From: Minisyncoccota bacterium
Lineage (GTDB): Bacteria; Patescibacteriota; Minisyncoccia; Phycocordibacterales; JABAAK01
Reading direction: 5' to 3'
Assembly (NCBI GenBank): GCA_965204115.1
Contig: OZ241963.1
Coordinates: 468,622-532,621 of the forward strand
Length of the DNA stretch: 64,000 nucleotides
In this document: in pieces, positions 44,753-54,447 of the stretch
How positions within the stretch are numbered: position 1 is the stretch's first letter
Layout of the letters: the number at the start of each line of letters is the position of its first letter
Notes under the pieces: generated by a model
Seen by the model: only the letters and a program-made list of their open reading frames with translations
Database searches by the model: none
Told to the model about the DNA's origin: nothing
Program-made: the position numbers and the translations under genes

Positions 44753-45751
44753 TTGCTGATGAAGAAAATAGGAAGCACAAAACAAAAGATGTTGGATCTC
44801 TTGCGTGATCAATGTCTTTCTCCACTTGATTTACAACAGGCACTTGGTATCAGTGCTTCTGTGGTGCATGGACATCTGCGGTTCTTGTTGCGCGAAGGTT
44901 TTGTTGAGAAAGTTGGAAGTGCGCCGCGAGTTTGTTATATAGTGCGTAAAGAAAGTGCGGCTGATGCTGTTAATGAGCATTTTGTGTTTCAGGATTCATT
45001 GGGGAAATTGCATCATGGTATGGATGGGTTTCGTCTGTGGTCTCAGCAAGGTTTGAAGAAGATGTCTTTTGAAGAGAAGATCGCTTTGTATGCTGACCGG
45101 ATTTCAGTGATGCAGTCGAACAGAAAGGGTTTTTTCTTTGATTTGACTGGCAAGTTACAGAAAGTCAAAGATGTCGGGGAAGATGTATACCTCAAAGAGT
45201 TGGCATCTCTTTCCCTGCGTACCTTGCAGGACTTTGGTAGAACCAAAATGGGGGTGTATATGGATGTTGTAAAGGGTATTGGCACTAGTACTGCAGCAGT
45301 TATGGATATTATGGATATGATTTTGGATTTTTCTGTTCCGCTTATTATTGCATACGCTAAAAAACATCAAGTAAATGCTGTTGGCTTTATCTCTCCCACA
45401 CGCAAACGACAGAATCAAATTATGACTTTTTTGGAAAAACGGTTTCGTAAAGGACCACTTCGTGTAGCTGCTGTGGATATAAAAAAAATTCGTGGTCCTA
45501 TTTTTCGTGAGCAGAAAACTATTCGTGATTTGCGGGATAGGATTCATAATGCAAATCGTACTTTTCAGATCTCTCCGTATTCACATGTTCATAACTATAA
45601 AAGGATATTACTCGTTGATGACTTTGTTGGGTCTGGCACAACGCTCAATCAGGTTGCGAAGATGTTACGACAGTCGGGTTTTGCCGGAGAGGTTTTTGGG
45701 CTTGGCGTTGTCGGTGAAGAGCGCGGCTATAGCATTGAGAAAGTTTCTTGA
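44753..45751 (+). CDS. Winged-HTH plus phosphoribosyltransferase (PRTase, ComF-like) fusion protein
   Basis: N-terminal wHTH (LDLQQALGISASVVHGHLRFLLREGFVEK). C-terminal PRPP-binding motif ILLVDDFVGSGTTL. Confidence 0.6.
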   Translation: MLMKKIGSTKQKMLDLLRDQCLSPLDLQQALGISASVVHGHLRFLLREGFVEKVGSAPRVCYIVRKESAADAVNEHFVFQDSLGKLHHGMDGFRLWSQQGLKKMSFEEKIALYADRISVMQSNRKGFFFDLTGKLQKVKDVGEDVYLKELASLSLRTLQDFGRTKMGVYMDVVKGIGTSTAAVMDIMDMILDFSVPLIIAYAKKHQVNAVGFISPTRKRQNQIMTFLEKRFRKGPLRVAAVDIKKIRGPIFREQKTIRDLRDRIHNANRTFQISPYSHVHNYKRILLVDDFVGSGTTLNQVAKMLRQSGFAGEVFGLGVVGEERGYSIEKVS

Positions 45752-45824
45752 TTTTTCTCATTGGCAAAAAAGGGTGTGTTTGGGGTGTTTGTGTCTGTAG
45801 AAAAGGTGGTACAATAAGGACAGT

Positions 45825-46871
45825 ATGAAGCATAAGGGCGTTACTGTACAAATCACTTCCGGTACCATTGTGCTGGTGCTGTTCTATCTGCTGGTCGCGT
45901 GGTTTTTGTATGAAATACGGGATGTCCTACTGATTGTTATCTCGGCGATTATTTTTTCTATGGCGTTGGCACCCGGGAAGCGGTTTTTTGCGCGGTTTAA
46001 GGTGCCGGAGCCGATTGCAGTGGTGCTGTTGTATGCAATTGTCTTTTTGGTGTTCTCCTACTTTTTATATTCACTGTTGCCGGTTGTGCTGCAGCAGTAT
46101 CAGGTGTTTGTGGAGACCCTGCCGAGCACTATTGATTTAATTAAAAACGCGACTGAGGGAACTATTTTTGACGGCGTTATTGCCACGCAGTCTATTCAGG
46201 CGTTGGTGAGTTCGCCGCAGCAGATAACTGAGACCGTTCAGCGACTGTTGCAGGTCGGCGGTGTCGGCATTTTTTCTCTGTTCGGTGGCTTAGTGAATCT
46301 CACGCTCTTTTTTCTCCTCACCTTTTTGTTCGCGGTTAATCCGAAGTCGTTGGACACCTTTCTCTTTGTTATGACGCCGCCGAAATATCGGGAGTATGTG
46401 AAGGACTTGTGGGGCAGGGTGCAGGTGAAGATAGGGCACTGGTTTCAGGGGCAGGCGCTGTTGATGGTCATCATTGGGGTGCTTACCTACCTTGCGCTGG
46501 TTATTCTCGGTGTGCCGAACGCGCTCTTTTTGTCGGTGTTCGCGGGGCTGATGGAGATTATCCCTATCTTCGGTCCCATATTCGGTGCCGTGCCGGCGGT
46601 GCTGATGGCGTGGACCTCCGGCAGTTTGACCACGGTGTTTTTTGTGGTGGCGCTGTTCATTATCATTCAGCAGCTTGAGAACAATCTGATTTATCCGCTG
46701 GTGGTGAGTAAGGTGGTCGGCATCTCTTCTATTCTTATCATTCTTGCTGCGGTGGTTGGCGGGGCAATTGCCGGATTTGTCGGTGTGGTGATAGCGGTGC
46801 CGTTGGCAGGTGTTTTGCAGGAGTTTTTTGCTGATGTGCGGGATGGGAAGCTGGAGAAGCTGCGTGGATAG
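45825..46871 (+). CDS. AI-2E family transporter (UPF0118/PerM)
   Basis: 348 aa with about eight TM segments. The layout is typical of AI-2E, including a conserved GL.E.IP-like segment (FAGLMEIIPIFGP). Confidence 0.7.
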   Translation: MKHKGVTVQITSGTIVLVLFYLLVAWFLYEIRDVLLIVISAIIFSMALAPGKRFFARFKVPEPIAVVLLYAIVFLVFSYFLYSLLPVVLQQYQVFVETLPSTIDLIKNATEGTIFDGVIATQSIQALVSSPQQITETVQRLLQVGGVGIFSLFGGLVNLTLFFLLTFLFAVNPKSLDTFLFVMTPPKYREYVKDLWGRVQVKIGHWFQGQALLMVIIGVLTYLALVILGVPNALFLSVFAGLMEIIPIFGPIFGAVPAVLMAWTSGSLTTVFFVVALFIIIQQLENNLIYPLVVSKVVGISSILIILAAVVGGAIAGFVGVVIAVPLAGVLQEFFADVRDGKLEKLRG

Positions 46872-46915
46872 GGGATAGGGTTGTGGTTTTCGTTTGCCCT
46901 GCTATACTGTTTACT

Positions 46916-47392
46916 ATGGCAAACAAAAATGAAGAAAAAGTATATGAGGTGAGTTTTCATCTTGTCCCGACCATTGATCCGGACAAGGTGTCGGCGGTGT
47001 TTGATCGGGTGAAGGGAGTTATCGCGGAGAAAGGGGAGGTGTTGAGTGAGGAGCAGCCGGAGAAGCGTGATCTCGCGTACACAGTTCGGCACACTGTGCG
47101 GCAGCGGGATGGTTCTTACAATCGATATGACGAGGCGTATTTCGGCTCAGTGAAGTTTCGGGCTTTGCGGGGCGATGCGGGGCGGATTGAACTGACACTC
47201 ACTCAGGATGAAGAGGTGCTGCGGTTTTTGCTGCTTGAGACCGCGGAGGAGGATACCCGCATCGGGGAAGTGCTGCCGGGTGATGAGCCGGAGGAGCAGC
47301 CGGAGGACGAAGCGGCGAATGAGCAGGAGGCCGGTGAAAGCGGTATTGCTGAGCAGCCGGCGGAGGATGACGGGGGTGGCGAAAAAGCTTAA
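46916..47392 (+). CDS. rpsF: 30S ribosomal protein S6 with a long acidic C-terminal tail
   Basis: YEVSFHLVP...RDLAYTV...AYFGSVKFRA matches S6. Start at MANKNEE. The tail is Glu/Asp-rich. Confidence 0.8.
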   Translation: MANKNEEKVYEVSFHLVPTIDPDKVSAVFDRVKGVIAEKGEVLSEEQPEKRDLAYTVRHTVRQRDGSYNRYDEAYFGSVKFRALRGDAGRIELTLTQDEEVLRFLLLETAEEDTRIGEVLPGDEPEEQPEDEAANEQEAGESGIAEQPAEDDGGGEKA

Positions 47393-47429
47393 TGAGTGTT
47401 ATACTGGCGGCACATAACCGGATAGGAGT

Positions 47430-47927
47430 ATGAATATCAACAAGGTAATGGTTTATGGCAATCTTACGCGCGACCCTGAGTTGCGTCAGTTGCCGAGCGG
47501 TACGAATATTGCTACTTTAGGCATTGCGACGAATCGGTATTACAACAATCAGCAGGGTGAGCGGCAGGAGGAGGTGGAGTTTCATAATGTGGTGCTGTTC
47601 GGGCGGTTGGCAGACCTTGCGCAGCAGTATCTCACCAGAGGCGGCGGTGTGTTCATTGAAGGGCGGCTGCGGACGAGCAGTTGGGATGATAAGGAGACGG
47701 GGCAGAAGCGGTATCGTACGGAGATTATCGGCGAGCAGATGCAGTTCGGTCCGCGGCGGGACGGTGGTGGTCAGCCGGGAGCGCCGGCTCCGCAGCGGTC
47801 AAGTGCACAGCCGGCGGCCCAAGGTGCAGCACAGGGTGCAGTGCAGAGTGCCGCTCCGGCAGCAGCGCCGGTGAAGACGCCAAACTATCCAGAGTCGACT
47901 ATCAACCCCGATGATATTCCATTTTAA
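47430..47927 (+). CDS. ssb: Single-stranded DNA-binding protein
   Basis: OB fold MNINKVMVYGNLTRDPELR...FHNVVLFGRLA...RTEII, Gly/Gln-rich linker, and the canonical C-terminal DDIPF. Confidence 0.9.
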   Translation: MNINKVMVYGNLTRDPELRQLPSGTNIATLGIATNRYYNNQQGERQEEVEFHNVVLFGRLADLAQQYLTRGGGVFIEGRLRTSSWDDKETGQKRYRTEIIGEQMQFGPRRDGGGQPGAPAPQRSSAQPAAQGAAQGAVQSAAPAAAPVKTPNYPESTINPDDIPF

Positions 47928-47944
47928 ATACTAAAAGTAATTAT

Positions 47945-48163
47945 ATGAAAAAGAAAGAAGACAATCAGCAGTGCTATTTTACCAAGCATAACATTTCCCA
48001 TGTTGACTATCGTGATGTACATCTGTTAGAGCGGTTTATTAACCCGCACGGGAAAGTGATGCCCCGTCGGCGAAGCGGACTGTGTGCGAAGTACCAGCGA
48101 AAAGTAAAGAAGGCAATCAAGAATGCTCGCTATATGGCACTGATGCCGTATATTAAGAAGTAA
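47945..48163 (+). CDS. rpsR: 30S ribosomal protein S18
   Basis: CYFTKHNISHVDYRDVHLLERFI...GKVMPRRRSGLCAKYQRKVKKAIKNARYMALMPY. Confidence 0.9.
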   Translation: MKKKEDNQQCYFTKHNISHVDYRDVHLLERFINPHGKVMPRRRSGLCAKYQRKVKKAIKNARYMALMPYIKK

Positions 48164-48235
48164 CTCTGAGTTCTTCAGTTGGAAATTCACAGGATAGGGT
48201 TGTGCTTTTTTGGTGCTGATGTTAGGATGTAGGTA

Positions 48236-48445
48236 ATGAGTAGTACTGCCACCACAGAAAAAAAAGTTGTTGAGAAGTCCGGTGATGAGTACACTATTAC
48301 CTATTGCAAGGAGGCCCTTCGACTTTTGGAGGACTTGACCAAGTCGTATAATCTTTCACGAAAGGAAACTCTCGGGTTTGCGTTATCTGTTTTGAGGCGG
48401 TTGAAGGAGGATGGGAGTGTTAGCTTAAGGCAGGAGCGGTTATGA
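48236..48445 (+). CDS. Hypothetical small protein
   Basis: 69-aa ORF. Its stop overlaps the start of the next ORF (ATGA). Confidence 0.3.
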   Translation: MSSTATTEKKVVEKSGDEYTITYCKEALRLLEDLTKSYNLSRKETLGFALSVLRRLKEDGSVSLRQERL

Positions 48446-48696
48446 AGGGGCAGAATAAAAATCAGGAGCGGTTGGAATATCCGTTGGCTGACATAGAGAA
48501 TGTTCTTCTCTCTGAGGGGACTCGTCAGAGGATTATCAAAGTTGTTACAACTTCAACTGAGGTTGAAGAGAAGTTTAAAGAATTGTGTGAGCGGGAGGTT
48601 GAGTATCAGACACTGAAGGCGACTGTGAAAAATTGGCGGTATTGGATACCGATTATTGCCACCGCTGTTCTTGCACTTGTCGGGATAGCAACCTAA
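48442..48696 (+). CDS. Hypothetical small protein with a C-terminal TM helix
   Basis: 84 aa, coiled-coil then WIPIIATAVLALVGIAT. Confidence 0.3.
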   Translation: MKGQNKNQERLEYPLADIENVLLSEGTRQRIIKVVTTSTEVEEKFKELCEREVEYQTLKATVKNWRYWIPIIATAVLALVGIAT

Positions 48697-48699
48697 ACA

Positions 48700-49272
48700 T
48701 CACTTCTTCGACACACGCTCCACATATTCGCCGGTGGTGGTGTTGATGCGGATGCGGTCGCCGGTTTCTATGAAGAGGGGAGTGTCGATGATTGCGCCGG
48801 TTTCTACGGTTACCTTTTTGTTTCCGCCCTGGGCGGTGTTGCCGCGGATGGATGGGGGTGCTTCGGTGACAGTGAGGTCAACCTTGATGGGGAGTTGCAG
48901 GGTGATGATGTCGTTGCTTTCCTTGAGGGCGGTGACTTTTGTGCCGGAAGGGATGAGATGTATATTGTCCGTAGGTGTGGCAGGGATGGTTATTCGCTCT
49001 GATGGCTTGTCTTCCGGATGTATGACCACCTCCTCATTGCGGAGGTAGACAAAGATATAGTTTTCCTTGGTGAGGAATACCGCTTCAAACTTGTCTGATG
49101 CATGGAGTGTTTTTGCCGTTACCGCTCCGGTTTGGAGGTTTTTTATACGCACCTGATTCGCACCTTTTTGCCGGCTTTTCTTAGAAAAAGTGGACTCAAC
49201 GGCTTCGTATATCGTGCCGTTCATCTTGAAGTATGTGCCGGGTTGTATGTCTGTGTAGTCAAGAGTTGCCAT
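48700..49272 (-). CDS. efp: Elongation factor P
   Basis: MATLDYTDIQPGTYFKMNGTIYEAVESTFSKKSRQKGANQVRIKNLQTG... Three-domain EF-P, 190 aa. Confidence 0.9.
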   Translation of the reverse strand: MATLDYTDIQPGTYFKMNGTIYEAVESTFSKKSRQKGANQVRIKNLQTGAVTAKTLHASDKFEAVFLTKENYIFVYLRNEEVVIHPEDKPSERITIPATPTDNIHLIPSGTKVTALKESNDIITLQLPIKVDLTVTEAPPSIRGNTAQGGNKKVTVETGAIIDTPLFIETGDRIRINTTTGEYVERVSKK

Positions 49273-49340
49273 AGAAACAGTGTATAGTATTGAAGGAAGT
49301 GTTTCCCTAATTTTTGTCTATCTAAGCAGGAGGTTTTTGT

Positions 49341-49728
49341 AGTGCAACAACAAGATATGATATTGTTTCGCGGTGTTGTGGAGTGGCGCAGGATTAATGA
49401 GTCCCTTGACAGTGATCCGTGTACTCACATAATGCTGCGTGTTTCCGGTGCGGACTGTGATGTCGTTTCGATGCTGAATAATATCACTTTTATTCACCCT
49501 ACCATTCTGATTTCTATCAGCTTGATCGGAGAGGGGAGTGCTGATACTTGTGAGCGGGTTGCTTGTGTGGTTACAAATTTTTTCAGAGAAAGTAAGTATT
49601 ATCGCCACTCTTCTGTTTTTCTTCTGGAAGGTGATCAGTTCAAGCGGGTGATTCCTGAGTGTGCGGAAGGCGAAGAGGAAGATCCAAAGACCTGTATTCC
49701 TTCTCATATTTTCGTTTCGAATAGATGA
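49341..49728 (+). CDS. Hypothetical protein
   Basis: GTG start 8 nt after AGGAGG. 128 aa. The overlapping minus-strand ORF is less protein-like. Confidence 0.35.
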
Positions 49729-49759
49729 TTCTTTTTTATTGCCTGTGAGGTGTTATGCT

Positions 49760-50842
49760 TCACAGGTAATTTTCATCTTTTGTGCTTAATCCATCAAGCA
49801 TTGCACGGACTTTCTTCTCTAGATCCCTGTTTACTTCCTTGTTTTCACGCAGGAAGGTGCGTGCCGCGTCGTACCCCCTGCCGAGTTTGTGGTCGCCGTA
49901 GCTGTATGAGGCGGCCCTCTTTTCCACCAGGTCGTATTTTTCGCCGAGCGCGAGTAGTTCGCCCTCGCGCGTGATGCCCTCGTTGTACATTAGGTCAAAT
50001 TCGGCGGTACGGTACGGTGCCCCCACCTTATTCTTCACCACCTTCACCCGCACGCGGCCGCCCATCACCTCGTCCCCCTTCTTGATTTGCTGAATGCGGC
50101 GGACATCAAGCCGCAGTGAGCTATAAAACTTCAGTGCTTTCCCGCCGGAGGTCGTCTCAGGACTGCCGAACATCACCCCGATCTTCATGCGGATTTGGTT
50201 GATAAAAATAACGACTGCGGACGATCGGGCGGTGATCGCGGTCAACTTTCGGAGCGCTTGTGACATCAATCGTGCCTGTCGTCCGACATGCTGATCGCCC
50301 ATATCGCCCTCTATCTCCGCGCGCGGTGTGAGTGCTGCTACTGAATCAACGACGATGACATCCACCGTATTTGTGCGGACGAGCGAGTCAACGATGTCCA
50401 GTGCCTGTTCTCCGGTGTCCGGCTGGGATACCAGTAAGTCGTCAAGTTGCACGCCGATTTTCTTCGCGTAGCTCGGGTCGAGGGCGTGTTCCGCGTCTAC
50501 AAATGCGCAGATACCGTTCTGTTTCTGTGCTTCGGCGATGTTGTGCAGGGCGAGCGTGGTTTTTCCGGACGATTCCGGTCCGAATATCTCAATAACCCGT
50601 CCCCGCGGCACACCGCCGATGCCGATAGCGGCATCAAGTCCGAGCGAGCCGGTCGGAATTGCCTCTATTTTTTCACCCGGCTGCTCTCCCATGCGCATAA
50701 TGGACTCCTCACCGAATTTTGTTTTAATATCCGCAAGTGCGTTGTGCAGCGAGTCCGTGTTTTTCGCGTTGCCGGCTTTTGTCTTCTTCGCGGCTGTCTT
50801 CTTCGCTTTCTTGGTCGCTGTTGTTTTCTTAGTTTTTGTCAT
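49760..50842 (-). CDS. recA: Recombinase RecA with a Lys-rich N-terminal extension
   Basis: [12 protein letters not shown] Walker [18 protein letters not shown] and the L2 loop. N-terminal approximately 50 aa [27 protein letters not shown].... Confidence 0.95.
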   Translation of the reverse strand: MTKTKKTTATKKAKKTAAKKTKAGNAKNTDSLHNALADIKTKFGEESIMRMGEQPGEKIEAIPTGSLGLDAAIGIGGVPRGRVIEIFGPESSGKTTLALHNIAEAQKQNGICAFVDAEHALDPSYAKKIGVQLDDLLVSQPDTGEQALDIVDSLVRTNTVDVIVVDSVAALTPRAEIEGDMGDQHVGRQARLMSQALRKLTAITARSSAVVIFINQIRMKIGVMFGSPETTSGGKALKFYSSLRLDVRRIQQIKKGDEVMGGRVRVKVVKNKVGAPYRTAEFDLMYNEGITREGELLALGEKYDLVEKRAASYSYGDHKLGRGYDAARTFLRENKEVNRDLEKKVRAMLDGLSTKDENYL

Positions 50843-51170
50843 AAGGTTGTATGGAAAGAGGGAGGTGAATAATGCGTTTATGTTTTTGTCGATTGTGCGC
50901 GTATAGCTTCACTATAGTATACCCTGCCGGTAAAACCAAATCCTTCTCAAAGAACCCCTTCTCATCCGGGTATATTCGTTGGTCGTTGATGCTGAGGTAA
51001 ATGCTGTTTTCGGTGAAGCCGCGCAGGGTGAAGGCGTGGGGGAGATGCTGGTGCGGCTCCGGGAAGAGCACCTCCAGTGTCGGACCGAACAAGAACGGCT
51101 GCGCCCGGAAAAAAGCATAGGTGCTGACGATGATGACGAGGGCGATGGCGGTTATAGTGCTTACACGCAT
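50829..51170 (-). CDS. Hypothetical signal-anchored protein
   Basis: 113 aa with N-terminal [18 protein letters not shown]. Overlaps the recA start by 14 bp, which suggests an operon. Confidence 0.4.
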   Translation of the reverse strand: MRVSTITAIALVIIVSTYAFFRAQPFLFGPTLEVLFPEPHQHLPHAFTLRGFTENSIYLSINDQRIYPDEKGFFEKDLVLPAGYTIVKLYAHNRQKHKRIIHLPLSIQPYDKN

Positions 51171-51173
51171 AGG

Positions 51174-53393
51174 CTAGTGGTCGGTACTGTCAAATGAGTC
51201 AACCCCGCCGCCGGTGTCCTCCATGCCTTCCGGATCTTCTTCTACCAGTATCTCGCGGGGCTTGGAGCCGATTTGCGGCCCGACGATGCCGTTTTCCTCC
51301 AGCATGTCAATCAGGCGGGCTGCGCGGGAGTAGCCGATTTTGAGTTTCCTCTGGAGGAGGGAAGTGGACGCCTTCCTTGCCTCGGCGACGATCTGCAATG
51401 CTTCGGGGTAGAGTTCATCCTCCTCATCACCCCCGCCGAAATCAGTGCTTCCGGTGCTCCCCTTACTCTCGTTGATGTCAATAATGTCTTCCGCGACTCC
51501 GTTGTGCTTGAGGAGGTGCTGCACCACCTTCTTCACCTCCTTGTCGGTAACAAACGCTGATTGCGCGCGGGTTGGCTTTTTGCTCTCAGACGAGGAGAAG
51601 AGGAGGTCGCCCGCGCCGATGAGGTTTTCCGCGCCTGTCGCGTCGAGGATGGTGCGGGAATCAATACTTGAGGCCACCTGCAGCGCCACCCGCACCGGAA
51701 TGTTCGCCTTTACGACGCCGGTAATGATGTTGACGGACGGCCGCTGTGTCGAGATGATGAGGTGAATGCCGACCGCGCGGCTCTTCTGAGCGATACGCAC
51801 GATGTTTGCCTCTATCTCCCGCGGAAAGCTTTGCATTAAGTCGGCCAGCTCGTCAATAACGACGACCAGGTGTGGCATGCGCTCTTCTTCGCTCCTAATG
51901 GTTTCGTTGTAGGAGTTGATGTCCCGCGCGCGGCGTGCCTCCAGCACCTCATAGCGGCGTTCCATCTCTGAGGTGATCCACACGAGTGCCTGCAGCGCCT
52001 TTTTCGGATCGGTGATCGGATCGGTGTACAGGTGGGGTATTCCTTTGTAGAGCGTGAGCTCCACCCGCTTCGGGTCGATGAATATAAAGCGGAGGTCATG
52101 CGGGCCGTAGTTGAATAGGAGCGAGAGGATGAAGTTGTGAATGAGGACGCTCTTGCCGGATCCCGTCGTGCCGGCGACCAGAATGTGCGGCATTTTCTCC
52201 AAACTCTTGGCGAATATTGCGCCGTTGATGGTTTTCCCGATGACGAGCCCCAGCGTGTTCTTTACTTTTGCGAATTCTTTTGATTTCAGGAGTGTTTGCA
52301 GCCCGACCACTGCCCGTGCTGAGTTTGGCACCTCAATACCCACGAGCGATTGCCCCGGTATCGGCACCTCAATGCGGATGGGGTGTGCGGCGAGTGCTAA
52401 TTCAAGGTTTTGCTGCAGCCCGGTTATTTTAGAGAGGCGGACCCCTTCCGCAGGGCGGACAGCGTAGCGGGTGAAGGACGGTCCGACCGTCACCTCCTCA
52501 ACCTCCACGCGGATTTTGAAGTTTTGGAGTGTGCGCTGTATGGCAAGTGCCTGTGCTTTCGTGTTGCTCGCTGCCTGCCCCTTGCCTTTTTCTGCGTTCA
52601 GGAGTGCCAATGGGGGAGGGATGTAGGGTGGGATATCCTCATCTGTTTCGTCGTCTACCCGCAACGCGACATCCGTGTCGCGTTGCTCCTCCTCGTCGTA
52701 TTCTTCGTCTTCATCCTCCTCCTCATCATATTCTTCTTCCTCGTCTTCGTCGTAGTCATCGTCATCGTCATCTTTATCATCCTCCTCGTCTTCGTCGTCA
52801 TCATCATCGTCTCCCTCTTCACCTTCCTCATCATCGTCCTCCTCATCATCGTCTTCCATAAAGTCCAGGTCATTGAGCCACTCCCAGATAGCGAGCGGAG
52901 AGAATATCTTGAGGATATACAGTGCACCGAGGAGTATTAGCGGCATCAGCACATACGAGAAAACCCCCAGTACATCCTGCAGGGTGCTGAAGAGTGTTGA
53001 GCCGAGCGTTCCGCCCGCGGTTTCGTCTGCTCCCGCCGCGAAAAGCGCTCCCATACTGACGATAGTGATTGCACTCCCGATAATGATCCGTATATACGAC
53101 AGCGGCTCTTTCGCAATGCAGAGATAGAGCCCGATGGTGGTGAGGAGTATGATGAGGATAACGAAGTTCCAGCCAAGTAGTGCGGGAGTGCCGTCAGCGG
53201 CGATGAGCAGAAGGTCGCGCACCCAAGTACCGAACGAGCCGGCGCTGTTGGCTATAACCAGTATGCAGAACAGTGCCGCAAGGAGGCAGAACACCCCGAT
53301 GCCGATAGCCCGAACCCGCGGTGAAGTATCAGCGTACCACTCCGTAGACCGCTGTAGCAGGGAATCCTCATTCTTTTTTTTCTTTTGTGCCAT
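51174..53393 (-). CDS. ftsK: DNA translocase FtsK/SpoIIIE with an about 60-residue poly-Asp/Glu linker
   Basis: N-terminal TM helices. Motor domain with GTTGSGKS Walker A, IVVIDELADLM and a gamma (winged-helix) C-terminus. The linker reads DDDEEDDDEEGEEGDDDDDDEDEEDDKDDDDDDYDEDEEEEYDEEEDEDEEYDEEE. Confidence 0.9.
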   Translation of the reverse strand: MAQKKKKNEDSLLQRSTEWYADTSPRVRAIGIGVFCLLAALFCILVIANSAGSFGTWVRDLLLIAADGTPALLGWNFVILIILLTTIGLYLCIAKEPLSYIRIIIGSAITIVSMGALFAAGADETAGGTLGSTLFSTLQDVLGVFSYVLMPLILLGALYILKIFSPLAIWEWLNDLDFMEDDDEEDDDEEGEEGDDDDDDEDEEDDKDDDDDDYDEDEEEEYDEEEDEDEEYDEEEQRDTDVALRVDDETDEDIPPYIPPPLALLNAEKGKGQAASNTKAQALAIQRTLQNFKIRVEVEEVTVGPSFTRYAVRPAEGVRLSKITGLQQNLELALAAHPIRIEVPIPGQSLVGIEVPNSARAVVGLQTLLKSKEFAKVKNTLGLVIGKTINGAIFAKSLEKMPHILVAGTTGSGKSVLIHNFILSLLFNYGPHDLRFIFIDPKRVELTLYKGIPHLYTDPITDPKKALQALVWITSEMERRYEVLEARRARDINSYNETIRSEEERMPHLVVVIDELADLMQSFPREIEANIVRIAQKSRAVGIHLIISTQRPSVNIITGVVKANIPVRVALQVASSIDSRTILDATGAENLIGAGDLLFSSSESKKPTRAQSAFVTDKEVKKVVQHLLKHNGVAEDIIDINESKGSTGSTDFGGGDEEDELYPEALQIVAEARKASTSLLQRKLKIGYSRAARLIDMLEENGIVGPQIGSKPREILVEEDPEGMEDTGGGVDSFDSTDH

Positions 53394-53590
53394 ATATACG
53401 GTTGGCAGGGTTAAACCCACGCTTACATCATTTAGTATTACATAGTTTTTACCTCCTCTGTTTTCCTCGATTTTCTCGGGCGGTGCAGTATTTGCTCGAA
53501 CGCAGTTTCAGGGTCGTTCTCAGGGGATTGGAGGTGTCGTTCAGTATCATTTTGTGTGGGGCAAGACTGGGTATTGCGTTTTCTGTTCTA

Positions 53591-54193
53591 TTATGATATG
53601 CTATTAGTATCATTATGGAGAGAACCCTTGCGGTGTTTTGTCGCCGCTGGGGGTCTTTCTTTTTTAAACTCCAAGAGATTTCTTTGAGATCCTAAGTAGA
53701 GTATTGGTATGTTCAATTCACGCAGGAGGTAAGAGAGACCGCATTCATTTCTGGTTTTCTTCACCTCGTTGCAGGGAGTGAGTAATATGCGGAATACTCC
53801 CTTGTCCCGATAGTATCTCACCATTCGTGCATAGTCTCCATCAGCAGTCACCACAATAAACTGATCAAACTCATTATCCATGAAGTCCTCATTGACTTTT
53901 TGCACTAAATCAGCATCAACATTTCCTTTTGGCTCCCCGCCGTCGCCGTATGAAACATTTTTAAACACGAGTGAATAGCCGATATCACGCAGGAATTTGT
54001 AGAGTGTGTCTTCATTCTCTTTCACATACCCGAGGAATATGAAACATCTTTTTGCACCGTATTTATCCTGCAGCCATTTAAAAAATCGGGCGTAGTCCAA
54101 ATCCCATCCAAGTGATTTGATTCCTTTATACAAATTGTTCCCGTCTATGTAGACTGAAACCCCCCTTTCCTTCTTTTTCTCACCCTCTTTCAT
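53591..54193 (-). CDS. NYN (LabA-like) domain protein
   Basis: VYIDGNNLY...FIVVTADGDYA..., a PIN-like NYN domain. Start set at MKEGEKKK within the longer ORF. Confidence 0.65.
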   Translation of the reverse strand: MKEGEKKKERGVSVYIDGNNLYKGIKSLGWDLDYARFFKWLQDKYGAKRCFIFLGYVKENEDTLYKFLRDIGYSLVFKNVSYGDGGEPKGNVDADLVQKVNEDFMDNEFDQFIVVTADGDYARMVRYYRDKGVFRILLTPCNEVKKTRNECGLSYLLRELNIPILYLGSQRNLLEFKKERPPAATKHRKGSLHNDTNSIS

Positions 54194-54447
54194 TTCCCGC
54201 TTATTATACCACTGACCCCCCCACACAACACCACAATGCCGCCTGTTTCGCGTGGCGGAGGGTAGGGGACTGGACAAAACGTTTAATCCATTATCCACAA
54301 CCCCTTTTGACAGAGGGAATAAGTCCTATACAATACAGTCATCGTGCAGTGTTACACAGTGTTATATGCTCGTGTATCGTTTGTACGACACAGAAAATTA
54401 TTAATTTTTTGTTAATTTTGTTAATTTAGTAAAATTCTTAATCGATT

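Noticed and set aside
49318-49707. Minus-strand 129-aa ORF overlapping 49341..49728
   Set aside because: The plus-strand ORF has a strong AGGAGG-GTG start context and a more protein-like composition. The minus ORF is rich in odd residues and lacks an RBS.
52650-52870. GA-rich low-complexity DNA (gaagaagac/gatgatgac iterations) that could be taken for a microsatellite or intergenic repeat
   Set aside because: It is in frame within ftsK and encodes the poly-Asp/Glu linker. It is not a separate element.
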